Under the pieces are notes generated by a model. The model was not told the origin of the DNA, did no database searches, and saw only the letters and a program-made list of their open reading frames with translations. A stretch of DNA of 64,000 bases from an uncultured Gammaproteobacteria bacterium (GTDB lineage: Bacteria; Patescibacteriota; Patescibacteriia; Magasanikbacterales; GWA2-37-8): the NCBI GenBank assembly GCA_964465205.1, contig CAYXJO010000002.1, positions 26,350-90,349 on the forward strand, given 5' to 3'. The translations under genes were made by a program, and so were the position numbers. This document shows positions 28,210 to 36,980 of this stretch, one piece after another; position 1 is the first letter of the stretch; each line of letters begins with the position of its first letter.

Positions 28210-28937
28210 TGAAATCAACAGTTGCCATTTTTAGACATTTGTATAATCGATTGCCACCGCTTTTTCCCGCTGAGACGGCGAATAAGATGAAGCATGCACT
28301 CGAGCATTTGGAGTCTGACCCCTCGATTACTTTGCATGAAGTGGAAAAAACCATGATTATTTTTGGCTATGAAATTTGGCCGTGGAATCAGGCATATCGA
28401 GAATTCTTGAGTTTGGCCGAAGGTAAAGTGGGCGAGCATTTTCTATTACCAAAATTATCGAAAAAGTTACAAGCCAAATATCAAGAATTCAAATTGAGCG
28501 GCGGGTCTTTACGTGATTTACACAGTGGCCGACCGGCGGATTATTTTGGCATTGATGAGCGCAACGAACTGTGTGTGGCACTAGTAAATACCCAGAAAGA
28601 ACTGCGTGATTTTGTAACCAGAGAAGTGGTGGGTCTAGATAAAAGTAAGTATTTACAGCGAGTAGATACATTTAGGAATGTGCTCGGTGCTATTAAAAAA
28701 CAACTGAACGAGATGCGAATATTGGCCGATCGGGAACAGGATCACCCGATCTTGGCCAATGAGATTCGTGAGCGAGTGAAAATGTTTGAGCAAGGTCTAT
28801 GTCTGCTTGCGCCAGAATTGGATTACGAAGCCGTATGTCAATCGGTTGATCATTTTACTGGACGCAAGTTGGACCTCAATTGGATGAGGGGCACACATTT
28901 GCCAGCAGATGTAGATTTTTTTGGTGATAAAATTTAA
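28210..28937 (+). CDS. Hypothetical helical protein (242 aa)
   Basis: ORF. Start chosen at MKSTV (28210) to avoid overlap with the preceding gene. No family recognised. Confidence 0.45.
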
Positions 28938-28957
28938 TTTTTTGACTCGTATATAAT

Positions 28958-29473
28958 ATGAAAAAAGTTGCTATAATTATCGCGAGTCATGGTTATCAGC
29001 CTGTGGAGTATGGTGCGCCCAAACACATACTTGAAGCTGCCGGGTTGACAGTGGTCACAATTAGCGATGAGCCGGGCGAGGCCGAAGCGGCCTATGACGG
29101 CAGTCGTACCAAAGTGGATGTGGTTTTGACACAAGTACAAGTAGGTGATTACGACGGTGTGTTTTTGGTGGGTGGTCCGGGCGCGCCTAGACATTTAGAA
29201 AATGAGAACGTTTATAAAATCATGCGCGAAGTGGCGACTAGCGGTAAACCGTGGGGAGCCATTTGCTATTCTACCCGCGTATTAGCACATGCTGGAATTT
29301 TGAAGGACAGAAAAGTCACCGGTTGGGACGGAGATGGGGAGTTAGAAGGAATTTTAATACGCGCGGGGGCTGAATATGTACGCGAACCGGTTTGGGTGGA
29401 TAGGGATTTGATTACTGCTGTCGGGCCGAAGTTTGCCGAGGCTTGGGGGAAAGAGATTTTGAAGAAGTTGTGA
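28958..29473 (+). CDS. DJ-1/PfpI family protein (class I glutamine amidotransferase-like fold)
   Basis: VAIIIASHGYQPVEY...GVFLVGGPGA...GKPWGAICYS with nucleophile-elbow Cys. Confidence 0.85.
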   Translation: MKKVAIIIASHGYQPVEYGAPKHILEAAGLTVVTISDEPGEAEAAYDGSRTKVDVVLTQVQVGDYDGVFLVGGPGAPRHLENENVYKIMREVATSGKPWGAICYSTRVLAHAGILKDRKVTGWDGDGELEGILIRAGAEYVREPVWVDRDLITAVGPKFAEAWGKEILKKL

Positions 29474-29492
29474 TCTGTTTTTTAATATCAAA

Positions 29493-30476
29493 CTACACTA
29501 GCTCTGGTTGGGTTTTGTTAAATTTTTTTATCATTTTTTCTACACCTTTTTTATCAAGTAACCCATTTTGGGCACCAAATTGTTGAATTACGCCGCAGCT
29601 ATTGGCGATGCCCCACTGCAAAGCAGTGGATAAATCGTGTTTCATAGCGCGTGCCGCCAAGTAACCCGATGAGAAAGCATCGCCGGCGCCGGTTTTGGCG
29701 ATTACTTCGACCGGGTAGCTATCGAGATGCCAGACATTTTCTTTGTCTCCTACCCAAGCGCCATTGCCACCATCGGTAATGGCGACTTCTTTGGCGCCCA
29801 TGTTTAATAATTTATGAATTAGAGCACGAACTGTTTTTTCTTTTTTTAATGTTGTATTGGCGATTAGTTCCGCTTCTTGTAAATTGATGACTAGCAAATC
29901 GATATGAGATAAAAATTCGCGTACATTTTCCAAGGTGTTTTTCAATTGATAAGAACCGGGATTCATGGCTACGCGTACGGACGGGTGTTTGGTGATCCAA
30001 GTTAATAAATTATTTTGGAGTGTTTCAAAACCTTCGCTTAAACCAGAATAGTAAATCCAATCACATTCTGGCATTTGTTTTGGCCAAGCATATTTACGTT
30101 TGGCATGATAAGAAAGAATTGTGCGTTCGCCTTTGAAATTGAGTACCACCGAATAGCGAGTTTTGGTTTTGGGATCAAAATATATCATGTCGGTGTTAAC
30201 CCCAAATTTTTGTAATTCACTACTTACCAATTCGCCGTTGGCATCACTGCCAATTGTAGTAATTATGGCAGTGGTTAGCCCGAGTTTGGCGGTGCCGCAA
30301 GCAACATTCGCCGCATTGCCGCCTAGATTTTGGAAGCTATCGGTAATGGGCACTTTACTGGCATAGTCTAAACATAGATGACAATGGTCTTGGTTGATGT
30401 CGCAATTTACGGTTGCAGCATCAATTTTTAGGTGAGTGTCAATCAGTGCGTCACCGATGGTGATAATTTTAAACAT
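29493..30476 (-). CDS. PfkB-family carbohydrate kinase (ribokinase/fructokinase-like)
   Basis: C-terminal TGAGDAFSSGYLAA signature and N-terminal GG motif region (NLGGNAANVA). Confidence 0.85.
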   Translation of the reverse strand: MFKIITIGDALIDTHLKIDAATVNCDINQDHCHLCLDYASKVPITDSFQNLGGNAANVACGTAKLGLTTAIITTIGSDANGELVSSELQKFGVNTDMIYFDPKTKTRYSVVLNFKGERTILSYHAKRKYAWPKQMPECDWIYYSGLSEGFETLQNNLLTWITKHPSVRVAMNPGSYQLKNTLENVREFLSHIDLLVINLQEAELIANTTLKKEKTVRALIHKLLNMGAKEVAITDGGNGAWVGDKENVWHLDSYPVEVIAKTGAGDAFSSGYLAARAMKHDLSTALQWGIANSCGVIQQFGAQNGLLDKKGVEKMIKKFNKTQPELV

Positions 30477-30493
30477 AGTTTGTTAGTTGTTAG

Positions 30494-30591
30494 ATAGCCT
30501 GCGGAATTTCTTTTGAGCGGGTTATGCCGCCGCAGTGGCATCCTCGAGCCCTCGCGGGCGAGAAAAGCGAAAAAGATTTTCCGCAGGCTAT
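30494..30591. repeat. Structured ~100-nt repeat element, copy 1: outer inverted repeat, conserved 17-nt left arm, copy-specific inner hairpin, conserved ~38-nt right arm
   Basis: atagcctgcggaa-TTTCTTTTGAGCGGGTT-atgccgccgcagtggcat-CCTCGAGCCCTCGCGGGCGAGAAAAGCGAAAAAGATTTT-ccgcaggctat. See copy 2 at 36866..36969. Confidence 0.6.
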
Positions 30592-30594
30592 ATA

Positions 30595-30909
30595 TTACAA
30601 TTCTGGATGTTTGTATTTTTCCACCATTTCGGTGCTGTGCAAATGTCGACCACTTATGATTTCTATTAATTCAATGAGGCTGGCCACTGCCACACCACCC
30701 ATCGCTACCATAAATATTTTGTTACCAATCCAGATGGCATACGTCATCAGGCACACCGCGCCTATCGCGAGTACCGCATCTTGTTTTTTTTCCGCCTCCA
30801 AAAAAATCGCGTAAATCATCATGATGGCTCCTAGACTAGCCAAAATATTGAATATAATTTCCGGCCAGGTCCAAGGCAGGTTGGGGAAGTATGAAAAAAT
30901 TGTATCCAT
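30595..30909 (-). CDS. Small 3-TM membrane protein, LAB_N-like (lipid-A-biosynthesis N-terminal domain family), paralog 1
   Basis: 104 aa. Pattern ..Q....G..CL..Y.I.....I...A.SL.E is shared with the adjacent 73-aa ORF. Confidence 0.45.
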   Translation of the reverse strand: MDTIFSYFPNLPWTWPEIIFNILASLGAIMMIYAIFLEAEKKQDAVLAIGAVCLMTYAIWIGNKIFMVAMGGVAVASLIELIEIISGRHLHSTEMVEKYKHPEL

Positions 30910-30924
30910 ATTATACTGGTTAAA

Positions 30925-31146
30925 TTATTTTTTTGTTTTAATTTTGTATATTTCCCACAAACTTGCGGCCGTGAAGATGATCTGTAGCGGAATAAAAATC
31001 GGATCGCGCAGATAAATACTATAAGCGAGTAAACATAATCCACCGGCAGCAAAAATCCAATCTTGGTTTGTTTCTTTTTTGGCGTAAATGCCCCAGGTAA
31101 TTAACAACACGCCGACTACTCCGAAAATTTTAGCAATTATAGGCAT
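30925..31146 (-). CDS. Small membrane protein, LAB_N-like, paralog 2
   Basis: YAKKETNQDWIFAAGGLCLLAYSIYLRDPIF resembles the LAB_N motif. Tandem with paralog 1. Confidence 0.45.
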   Translation of the reverse strand: MPIIAKIFGVVGVLLITWGIYAKKETNQDWIFAAGGLCLLAYSIYLRDPIFIPLQIIFTAASLWEIYKIKTKK

Positions 31147-31149
31147 AAT

Positions 31150-32094
31150 TTATTCTGTCCACCGATTGATATATTCAATTACTGCGAGTGCGGCCGTGAC
31201 ACCCTGTCCGGCGGCAATAGCAATTTGTTTGTAGGGGATATTAGTGACATCACCGGCGGCATAAATACCGGGCACATTAGTGCGACATTTGGCGTCCACC
31301 ACGATTTGTCCGACTTTATCTTTTTCTACCGGTACAAAATCTGAATTAGGCGTCATGCCGGCATGCACCATGATGCCGTTCACTTCAATTGTTTGTTCTT
31401 TGCCCTCGGCGTCCTTGTATTTTAGTGCGTTCGCCATTTTGTCGCCTACTATTTCTGTGGTTTGAGCGCCGTAAATTATTTCTACATTAGGTTGTTGTTT
31501 CACCTTTTCAATCAGTACATCTTCGCCTTTGGGGAAACCGCCTTTGTTTTCTGGCGTGTTAGTGTATTTAGAGATGAGGTAAACTTTTTTGGCGATATTG
31601 TTCATCATCAGTGCGGATTCGAGGGCGGCGTTGCCAGATCCAACTGTCGCCGTGATTTTGTTTTTAAAAAGTGGTCCATCGCATACCGTGCAATAAGTGA
31701 CGCCCTTGCGATCAAATTCTTTTTCACCGGGCACGCCCAGCTTGCGCGGGTGAATGCCGGTAGCGATAATTATGGCCTTGGTTTCAAAGCATTGTTCGGT
31801 ACCAGTAGCGTTTTGGGCACAAATGATCCAGTGATTTTTTTCTGGTTTTAGTTTGGTCGCGCGCCAACCTTGTTCGATTTCCACTCCGTATGATTTCACA
31901 TGTTCGGCAAAATTTTGTGCCAAAGTGAAACCTTGCACATCAATGATGCCCGGCCAATTGTTTACCGTGCCGGACAGAGCCACTTCGCCCCCAATATTAT
32001 CGGTAATTATTTTGAAGTTTAGTTTGCGACGCGCGCTGTACACGGCCGCACTGCATCCGGCCGCCGATGCCCCCAAAATTACGAGATCGAGCAT
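31150..32094 (-). CDS. trxB: Thioredoxin-disulfide reductase
   Basis: FAD GXGXXG (LGASAAGCSAAVY), redox-active CTVCDG and NADPH-binding motif. Size is 314 aa. Confidence 0.9.
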   Translation of the reverse strand: MLDLVILGASAAGCSAAVYSARRKLNFKIITDNIGGEVALSGTVNNWPGIIDVQGFTLAQNFAEHVKSYGVEIEQGWRATKLKPEKNHWIICAQNATGTEQCFETKAIIIATGIHPRKLGVPGEKEFDRKGVTYCTVCDGPLFKNKITATVGSGNAALESALMMNNIAKKVYLISKYTNTPENKGGFPKGEDVLIEKVKQQPNVEIIYGAQTTEIVGDKMANALKYKDAEGKEQTIEVNGIMVHAGMTPNSDFVPVEKDKVGQIVVDAKCRTNVPGIYAAGDVTNIPYKQIAIAAGQGVTAALAVIEYINRWTE

Positions 32095-32098
32095 AACT

Positions 32099-32734
32099 TT
32101 ACGAATTTAATTTGTTTAGTAAATTTTGATAAGCGATTTTTGTGTCTGCCGCACCCGTGATGGCGCTACCTACGCAGAAAGCATCTACGCCCCAGGATTT
32201 TATCTCGGCAATATTACCGGGTTTTACCGCGCCGTCCACCGCTATGGTTAGGCGCTCTGACGTTTGGCGACAACTAATAATTTTTTCTTTAATCTCAGGC
32301 AAAAATTCGCCACCCTGACGTCCGGGGTGAACGGTCATGAACAGCACTTCATCTATTTTATCATAAAAAGGCACGACCGTCGAGAGTGATGTTTCGGGGT
32401 TCACCGCAATGCCCACTTGCGCACAAATTCCACGAATTTTGGCGATAACTATATTTGGGTCGTCTTTGGATTCGACGTGAAAGATAATACGTTGAACATT
32501 TTTTATTCCAGACCATTTTTCCAGTTCGACTAGTGGATGTTCCACCATTAGGTGCAGTTCCCAATTGACATTTAAATTTAAGTTATTAATATTTTCAATT
32601 TCGTCAAAAGATTTGTTGTCTACAAATTGGCCGTCCATTACGTCGATTTGTATTAATTTAAAAGTCTCTTGCAGGCGTTGTGCTTGGGCGGCAAATTCGT
32701 CAAATGTCAATGCCAAAATAGTAGGTATAATCAT
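32099..32734 (-). CDS. rpe: Ribulose-phosphate 3-epimerase
   Basis: MIIPTILALTFDEF...IQIDVMDGQFV...HLMVEHP...MTVHPGRQGGEF. Start taken at MIIPT (32734), which abuts the rpiB stop. Confidence 0.85.
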   Translation of the reverse strand: MIIPTILALTFDEFAAQAQRLQETFKLIQIDVMDGQFVDNKSFDEIENINNLNLNVNWELHLMVEHPLVELEKWSGIKNVQRIIFHVESKDDPNIVIAKIRGICAQVGIAVNPETSLSTVVPFYDKIDEVLFMTVHPGRQGGEFLPEIKEKIISCRQTSERLTIAVDGAVKPGNIAEIKSWGVDAFCVGSAITGAADTKIAYQNLLNKLNS

Positions 32735-32741
32735 AATTTTT

Positions 32742-33185
32742 CTACCCTTCCAGTTCAGTGATTTTTTGATTACGTCGCACCAGACGTGGGTGGCCATCAA
32801 ACGGTGTTTCAAGAAATTTTTTTACAATTGCTGCGGCGTGCTCTTCGGTTAGGTATTTACTGGCTAAACATAAAATATTGGCATCATTGTGTTTGCGTCC
32901 CAATTCCGCACTTTCGATACTATATCCAGAAATAGCCCGGACGCCCTTGAATTTATTGGCCGTGATACACATTGAATGTCCGGTCCAGCAGATCAAAATA
33001 CCACGCTCATCCGGATTATTAGAGATTTTTTCTGCGACAGCCGTAGCAAAATCACTGGCGTCATCTTCGGGGTTGTGGGTAAAGGCGCCTAGATCTTCGT
33101 ATTCTACTTCTAATTGAGTGTGCAAATAGGTATTGAGATACTTTTTGAGCTGAAAACCACGGTGGTCAGCGGCGATATATAACAT
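32742..33185 (-). CDS. rpiB: Ribose-5-phosphate isomerase B (RpiB/LacAB family)
   Basis: MLYIAADHRGFQLK...GILICWTGHSMCITANK...ANILCL motifs. Size is 147 aa. Confidence 0.9.
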   Translation of the reverse strand: MLYIAADHRGFQLKKYLNTYLHTQLEVEYEDLGAFTHNPEDDASDFATAVAEKISNNPDERGILICWTGHSMCITANKFKGVRAISGYSIESAELGRKHNDANILCLASKYLTEEHAAAIVKKFLETPFDGHPRLVRRNQKITELEG

Positions 33186-33244
33186 AGTTGGTAAAATTAA
33201 ATATATGTTAATTATATCGCGCTGAGCTCTATTTTACAAGTTGT

Positions 33245-33272
33245 TTGACAGTTTTTGTTTTTCAGGTATAAT
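33245..33272 (+). promoter_or_regulatory. Promoter TTGACA-N16-TATAAT for the 33327 gene
   Basis: Read from the sequence. Confidence 0.4.
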
Positions 33273-33326
33273 TGTGACCGGTATTTTTTTGGTGTTATAC
33301 CTAAACCAAAACCAAGGAGGTACGCT

Positions 33327-33668
33327 ATGGAGCTGTTGTCGGGATTGGGTGCTTTGAAGGACTTTTTACGCCGTACCAAACGTCGTAAAGGGTCACTGCA
33401 TGTGTCTATCAAGGAGGCGAACCAGCAAAGCTTTCTATCTGGCAAGGTGACCAAAGACGGCATTAAATTGACCGAAACTGCTGTTGAGCTTACCTACCAC
33501 GATGGCAAGGCCAAGAATCCACACGTGACTTATATCGGCGAACACGCATCCAGTTCTGGTGCGAATCGCGATTCGGCCGAGTGGAGTCGCAAGTCGGCCT
33601 CTGGTTGGGTACAGGGCAAGGTGACCTTTGTGCCCGACAAACGAGCGGTGAAAAAGCCCAAAAAATGA
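33327..33668 (+). CDS. Hypothetical basic protein (113 aa)
   Basis: Strong SD aaggaggt 6 nt before the ATG. Followed by a clean terminator. No family recognised. Confidence 0.5.
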   Translation: MELLSGLGALKDFLRRTKRRKGSLHVSIKEANQQSFLSGKVTKDGIKLTETAVELTYHDGKAKNPHVTYIGEHASSSGANRDSAEWSRKSASGWVQGKVTFVPDKRAVKKPKK

Positions 33669-33689
33669 AGCGTTTCTGCTTCCAACCAA

Positions 33690-33716
33690 CACCCGGCCGT
33701 CTGGCCGGGCTTTTTT
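33690..33716 (+). terminator. Rho-independent terminator cccggccgtctggccggg + TTTTTT
   Basis: Perfect stem with T-run. Confidence 0.65.
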
Positions 33717-33730
33717 ATTCATACGCGTGG

Positions 33731-33926
33731 TTGACAGAATAGTAATTGAATGGTAATTTGTATATACAGCACTTGACCCGTTATCAGCGGGGAGCCGAAA
33801 GAAGAAATTCGCTTTTTGGCGAATATTAGACCTTTCCGGGGTGGCCCGTTATCGCCGCAATTAAGTAAAAGCACAAGATGGTACCGCCCTACACGGGCTC
33901 TTGGCACACAAAAAGTGTGTTTTTTT
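33731..33926 (+). promoter_or_regulatory. Candidate T-box leader (tRNA-Ile-responsive) upstream of ileS: promoter, AUC specifier candidates, T-box antiterminator-like element AAGA-UGGUACC-GCCC..GGGC-UCUU, then hairpin + U7
   Basis: TTGACA at 33731. Canonical 7-nt bulge UGGUACC at 33879-33885, with UGGU complementary to the ACCA end of tRNA-Ile. Flanking helices aaga/ucuu and gccc/gggc. cacac/gtgtg + TTTTTTT at 33904-33926. Located in front of ileS. Confidence 0.4.
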
Positions 33927-33941
33927 ATTATAAATCTAAGT

Positions 33942-36857
33942 ATGTATAATTCCAATGAAAACGAGCTTGAAATACTTAAATATTGGGACGACCATCAATG
34001 TTTTGAAAAATCGGTAAATGAACGACCGGAAAACAAGCCGTATCTTTTTTATGACGGTCCGCCATTCGCCACTGGATTGCCGCATTATGGTCACATTGTT
34101 GCGTCTTTGGAAAAAGATGTAGTACCACGTTATTTTACTATGCGCGGTTTTCGTGTAGAGCGTAAATGGGGGTGGGACTGTCACGGTTTGCCGATTGAAA
34201 ATATTATTGAAAAAGATCTCAACTTGACCAGTAAAAAAGATATCGAAAATTATGGCATAGATAAATTTAACGAAGCGTGTCGTGCCACTGTGTTGAAGTA
34301 TGCGTCTGAATGGAAAAAGACTATCAAACGTATGGGGAGGTGGGTGGATATGGAGCATGATTACAAGACCATGGATATTGATTATATGGAAAGCGTATGG
34401 TGGGTATTTCGTCAGCTTTGGGACAAAAACTTGCTCTACAAAGGTCACAAAGCCATGCATATTTGTCCACGTTGCGTAACACCGCTTTCCAATTTTGAGG
34501 TGACTCAAGGATATAAAGATGTCAAAGATATTTCGGTAACGGTGAAATTCAAATTAAAAAATGTTAAAGAAAAATTGAATCTGACTGACGAAGTTTATGT
34601 TTTGGCTTGGACTACCACCCCATGGACCTTGCCAGGTAATGTACTCTTGGCTGTCGGTAGGGGCATGGATTATGCAGCGGTAGCAATTGAGGGAGAGTCC
34701 GGTGTATATTTATTGGCACACGAAAGACTCGAAGCGGTATTAAAAAATAAAAATTATAAAATTATAGAGAATTTTAGTGGTGATCAGTTGATTGGCTTAG
34801 ATTATGAGCCCCTGTTTTCATATTTTGCCGATACCGCCAAAGCTTTTCGGGTGGTAGATGGCACTGCCTTTGTTACCACAGTAGATGGCACTGGCGTGGT
34901 TCATATTGCGCCGGCATTTGGAGAAGAAGACTATCAAGTGGGTAAACGTGAAGGCTTGCCGCTCGTCCAACATGTGGGTATGGATGGTCGTTTTGTAGAA
35001 GAGGTGCTGGATTTTGCCGGTCAGGAGGTAAAACCAACCGAACAGCCAACAGCTACTGATGTAGAGGTTATCAAATGGCTTGATGCTAATAATAAATTGT
35101 TTAGCAAAGAGGGGTTTATTCATAGCTATCCACATTGTTGGCGCTGTGATGCACCGCTTTTGAATTATGCGACTAATTGTTGGTTTGTAAAAGTGACCGA
35201 GATGAAAGAAGAACTGTTAGCCAATAATCAAAAAATTAATTGGGTACCGGAGCATATCAAAGATGGCCGTTTTGGCCAGTGGCTCGAAGGTGCGCGTGAT
35301 TGGGCAATATCACGTAATCGTTTTTGGGGCACACCGCTACCGGTGTGGGAGAGCGCAGATGGAGATGTTATTTGTGTAGGTAGTGTGCAAGAGTTGGAAG
35401 AATTGACTGGTGCCAAAGTGACCGATCTTCACAAACACAAAATTGATAATTTAGAAATTAATAAAAATGGCAAAGTGTACCGCCGTATTCCGGAAGTATT
35501 GGACTGCTGGTTTGAATCAGGAAGTATGCCGTATGGTCAAATGCACTATCCGTTTGAAAATAAAACCAAATTTGAAGCCAGCTTCCCGGCAGATTTCATT
35601 GCCGAAGCGCAGGATCAAACTCGTGGTTGGTTTTATACTTTGCACGTATTGGCCACTGCTCTAACTCGTGCTCCCCATTCGTCAATTCCAGTGGACACTA
35701 GCACCGCCGCTTTCAAAAATGTAATTGTACACGGTATTGTGTTGGCCGAAGATGGCAAGAAAATGTCCAAACGTCTCAAAAACTATCCAGAACCGGATAT
35801 TATCTTGGAGAAGTATGGGGCTGATGCTATGAGGTATTATCTCATAAGCTCGCCAGTGCTAGACGGAGAGAATCTCAATTTTTCCGAAGCGAATGTGCGT
35901 GAAGTTTACACCAAACTTATTAACACTCTTTGGAATGTTGTTGAGTTTTACAAAATGTATGCTGGAGATAAAAACAGTGCCGAAGTTACCAGCGAACATG
36001 TGCTCGACAAATGGATTTTGGCCAAGTTGAAAGAGTTGATCAAAGATGTTTCTGCTGGATTTGAGAGCTACCAACTCACTCGCGCCTCGCGTCCAATTTT
36101 GGATTTTGTTACCGAGTTATCGCAATGGTATGTGCGTCGCAGTCGTGATCGTTTCAAGGGTGATGACACGCAAGACAAAGCGGCGGCCGTAGCTACTCTA
36201 CGCGAAGTGTTATTAACATTATCCAAAGTGATGGCCCCATTTACTCCATTTATGGCTGAAAAAATTTATCAAGAAATGGGTGGCACGAGCGAAAGCGTGC
36301 ATTTGGAAATGTGGCCAGAAATCGCGACGTATGAAGAACACGTGCTTACTGATATGGTACGTGCTCGTAAAATTGTCGAGCTTGGTTTGGCGGCGCGCGC
36401 TGAGCAGGGGATTAAAATTCGTCAACCACTACAGCATGTTTATTATCAGGCGGAAAAACTATCCCCAGGTTTAGAGGATGTTATTGCCGACGAGCTTAAT
36501 GTAAAGCATGTTGTGCATACTACGGAAGTTACAGAGCAAGCGAACCGTGTAATCAAGGAAGACGCTATTTTGAAAGTTGGTTTGGATGTTGTTGTATCCG
36601 AAGAATTAAAAAAAGAAGGTTTGGCTCGCGAAATTGTGCGCACTATTAATCAGATGCGTAAAAATGCGAAACTAACTGTCAATGATGTAGTGAGTGTAGT
36701 TTATGAAACCGAAGACGAGTTGCTCGCCTCGGTGTTTGTGGAATACAGTGCGGAAATATCCAAGAGTGTGTTGGCCAAAGAAATAAAATCTGGCAAAGTT
36801 TCAGGTGAAGCTGTGGAACTCGATGGTCGCACTGTAAAAATCGAAGTAAAAAAATAA
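33942..36857 (+). CDS. ileS: Isoleucine--tRNA ligase (long, type-2-like form)
   Basis: HIGH-like GLPHYGHIVAS and KMSKRLKNYPEP motifs, with editing domain. Homology begins at MYNSNENELEILKYW (33942); the tracked ORF starts earlier at 33816. Confidence 0.95.
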   Translation: MYNSNENELEILKYWDDHQCFEKSVNERPENKPYLFYDGPPFATGLPHYGHIVASLEKDVVPRYFTMRGFRVERKWGWDCHGLPIENIIEKDLNLTSKKDIENYGIDKFNEACRATVLKYASEWKKTIKRMGRWVDMEHDYKTMDIDYMESVWWVFRQLWDKNLLYKGHKAMHICPRCVTPLSNFEVTQGYKDVKDISVTVKFKLKNVKEKLNLTDEVYVLAWTTTPWTLPGNVLLAVGRGMDYAAVAIEGESGVYLLAHERLEAVLKNKNYKIIENFSGDQLIGLDYEPLFSYFADTAKAFRVVDGTAFVTTVDGTGVVHIAPAFGEEDYQVGKREGLPLVQHVGMDGRFVEEVLDFAGQEVKPTEQPTATDVEVIKWLDANNKLFSKEGFIHSYPHCWRCDAPLLNYATNCWFVKVTEMKEELLANNQKINWVPEHIKDGRFGQWLEGARDWAISRNRFWGTPLPVWESADGDVICVGSVQELEELTGAKVTDLHKHKIDNLEINKNGKVYRRIPEVLDCWFESGSMPYGQMHYPFENKTKFEASFPADFIAEAQDQTRGWFYTLHVLATALTRAPHSSIPVDTSTAAFKNVIVHGIVLAEDGKKMSKRLKNYPEPDIILEKYGADAMRYYLISSPVLDGENLNFSEANVREVYTKLINTLWNVVEFYKMYAGDKNSAEVTSEHVLDKWILAKLKELIKDVSAGFESYQLTRASRPILDFVTELSQWYVRRSRDRFKGDDTQDKAAAVATLREVLLTLSKVMAPFTPFMAEKIYQEMGGTSESVHLEMWPEIATYEEHVLTDMVRARKIVELGLAARAEQGIKIRQPLQHVYYQAEKLSPGLEDVIADELNVKHVVHTTEVTEQANRVIKEDAILKVGLDVVVSEELKKEGLAREIVRTINQMRKNAKLTVNDVVSVVYETEDELLASVFVEYSAEISKSVLAKEIKSGKVSGEAVELDGRTVKIEVKK

Positions 36858-36865
36858 AGGCAAAA

Positions 36866-36969
36866 TTAAAAAGGCCGGATACAATTTCTTTTGAGCGGGT
36901 TTGGACCCACAGGTCCACCTCGAGCCCTCGCGGGAGAGAAAAGCGAAAAAGATTTTGTATCCGGCCTTT
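36866..36969. repeat. Structured repeat element, copy 2; also acts as a bidirectional terminator between ileS and the convergent 36981 gene
   Basis: aaaaaggccggatacaa-TTTCTTTTGAGCGGGTT-tggacccacaggtccac-CTCGAGCCCTCGCGGGAGAGAAAAGCGAAAAAGATTTT-ttgtatccggcctttt. Core nearly identical to copy 1; outer and inner stems differ but remain self-complementary. Confidence 0.6.
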
Positions 36970-36980
36970 TGTTAAATACT

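Noticed and set aside
30524-30814. ORFs 30524..30814 (+) and 36891..37268 (+) sharing PRALAGEKSEKDF
   Set aside because: The shared peptide is just the translation of the conserved core of the structured repeat element. Both ORFs are antisense to better-supported genes.
33904-33926. Simple intrinsic terminator for the upstream 33327 gene as the sole function of the cacac/gtgtg + U7 hairpin
   Set aside because: That gene already has a strong terminator at 33690-33716. The hairpin is more parsimoniously part of the ileS leader, though its role remains uncertain.
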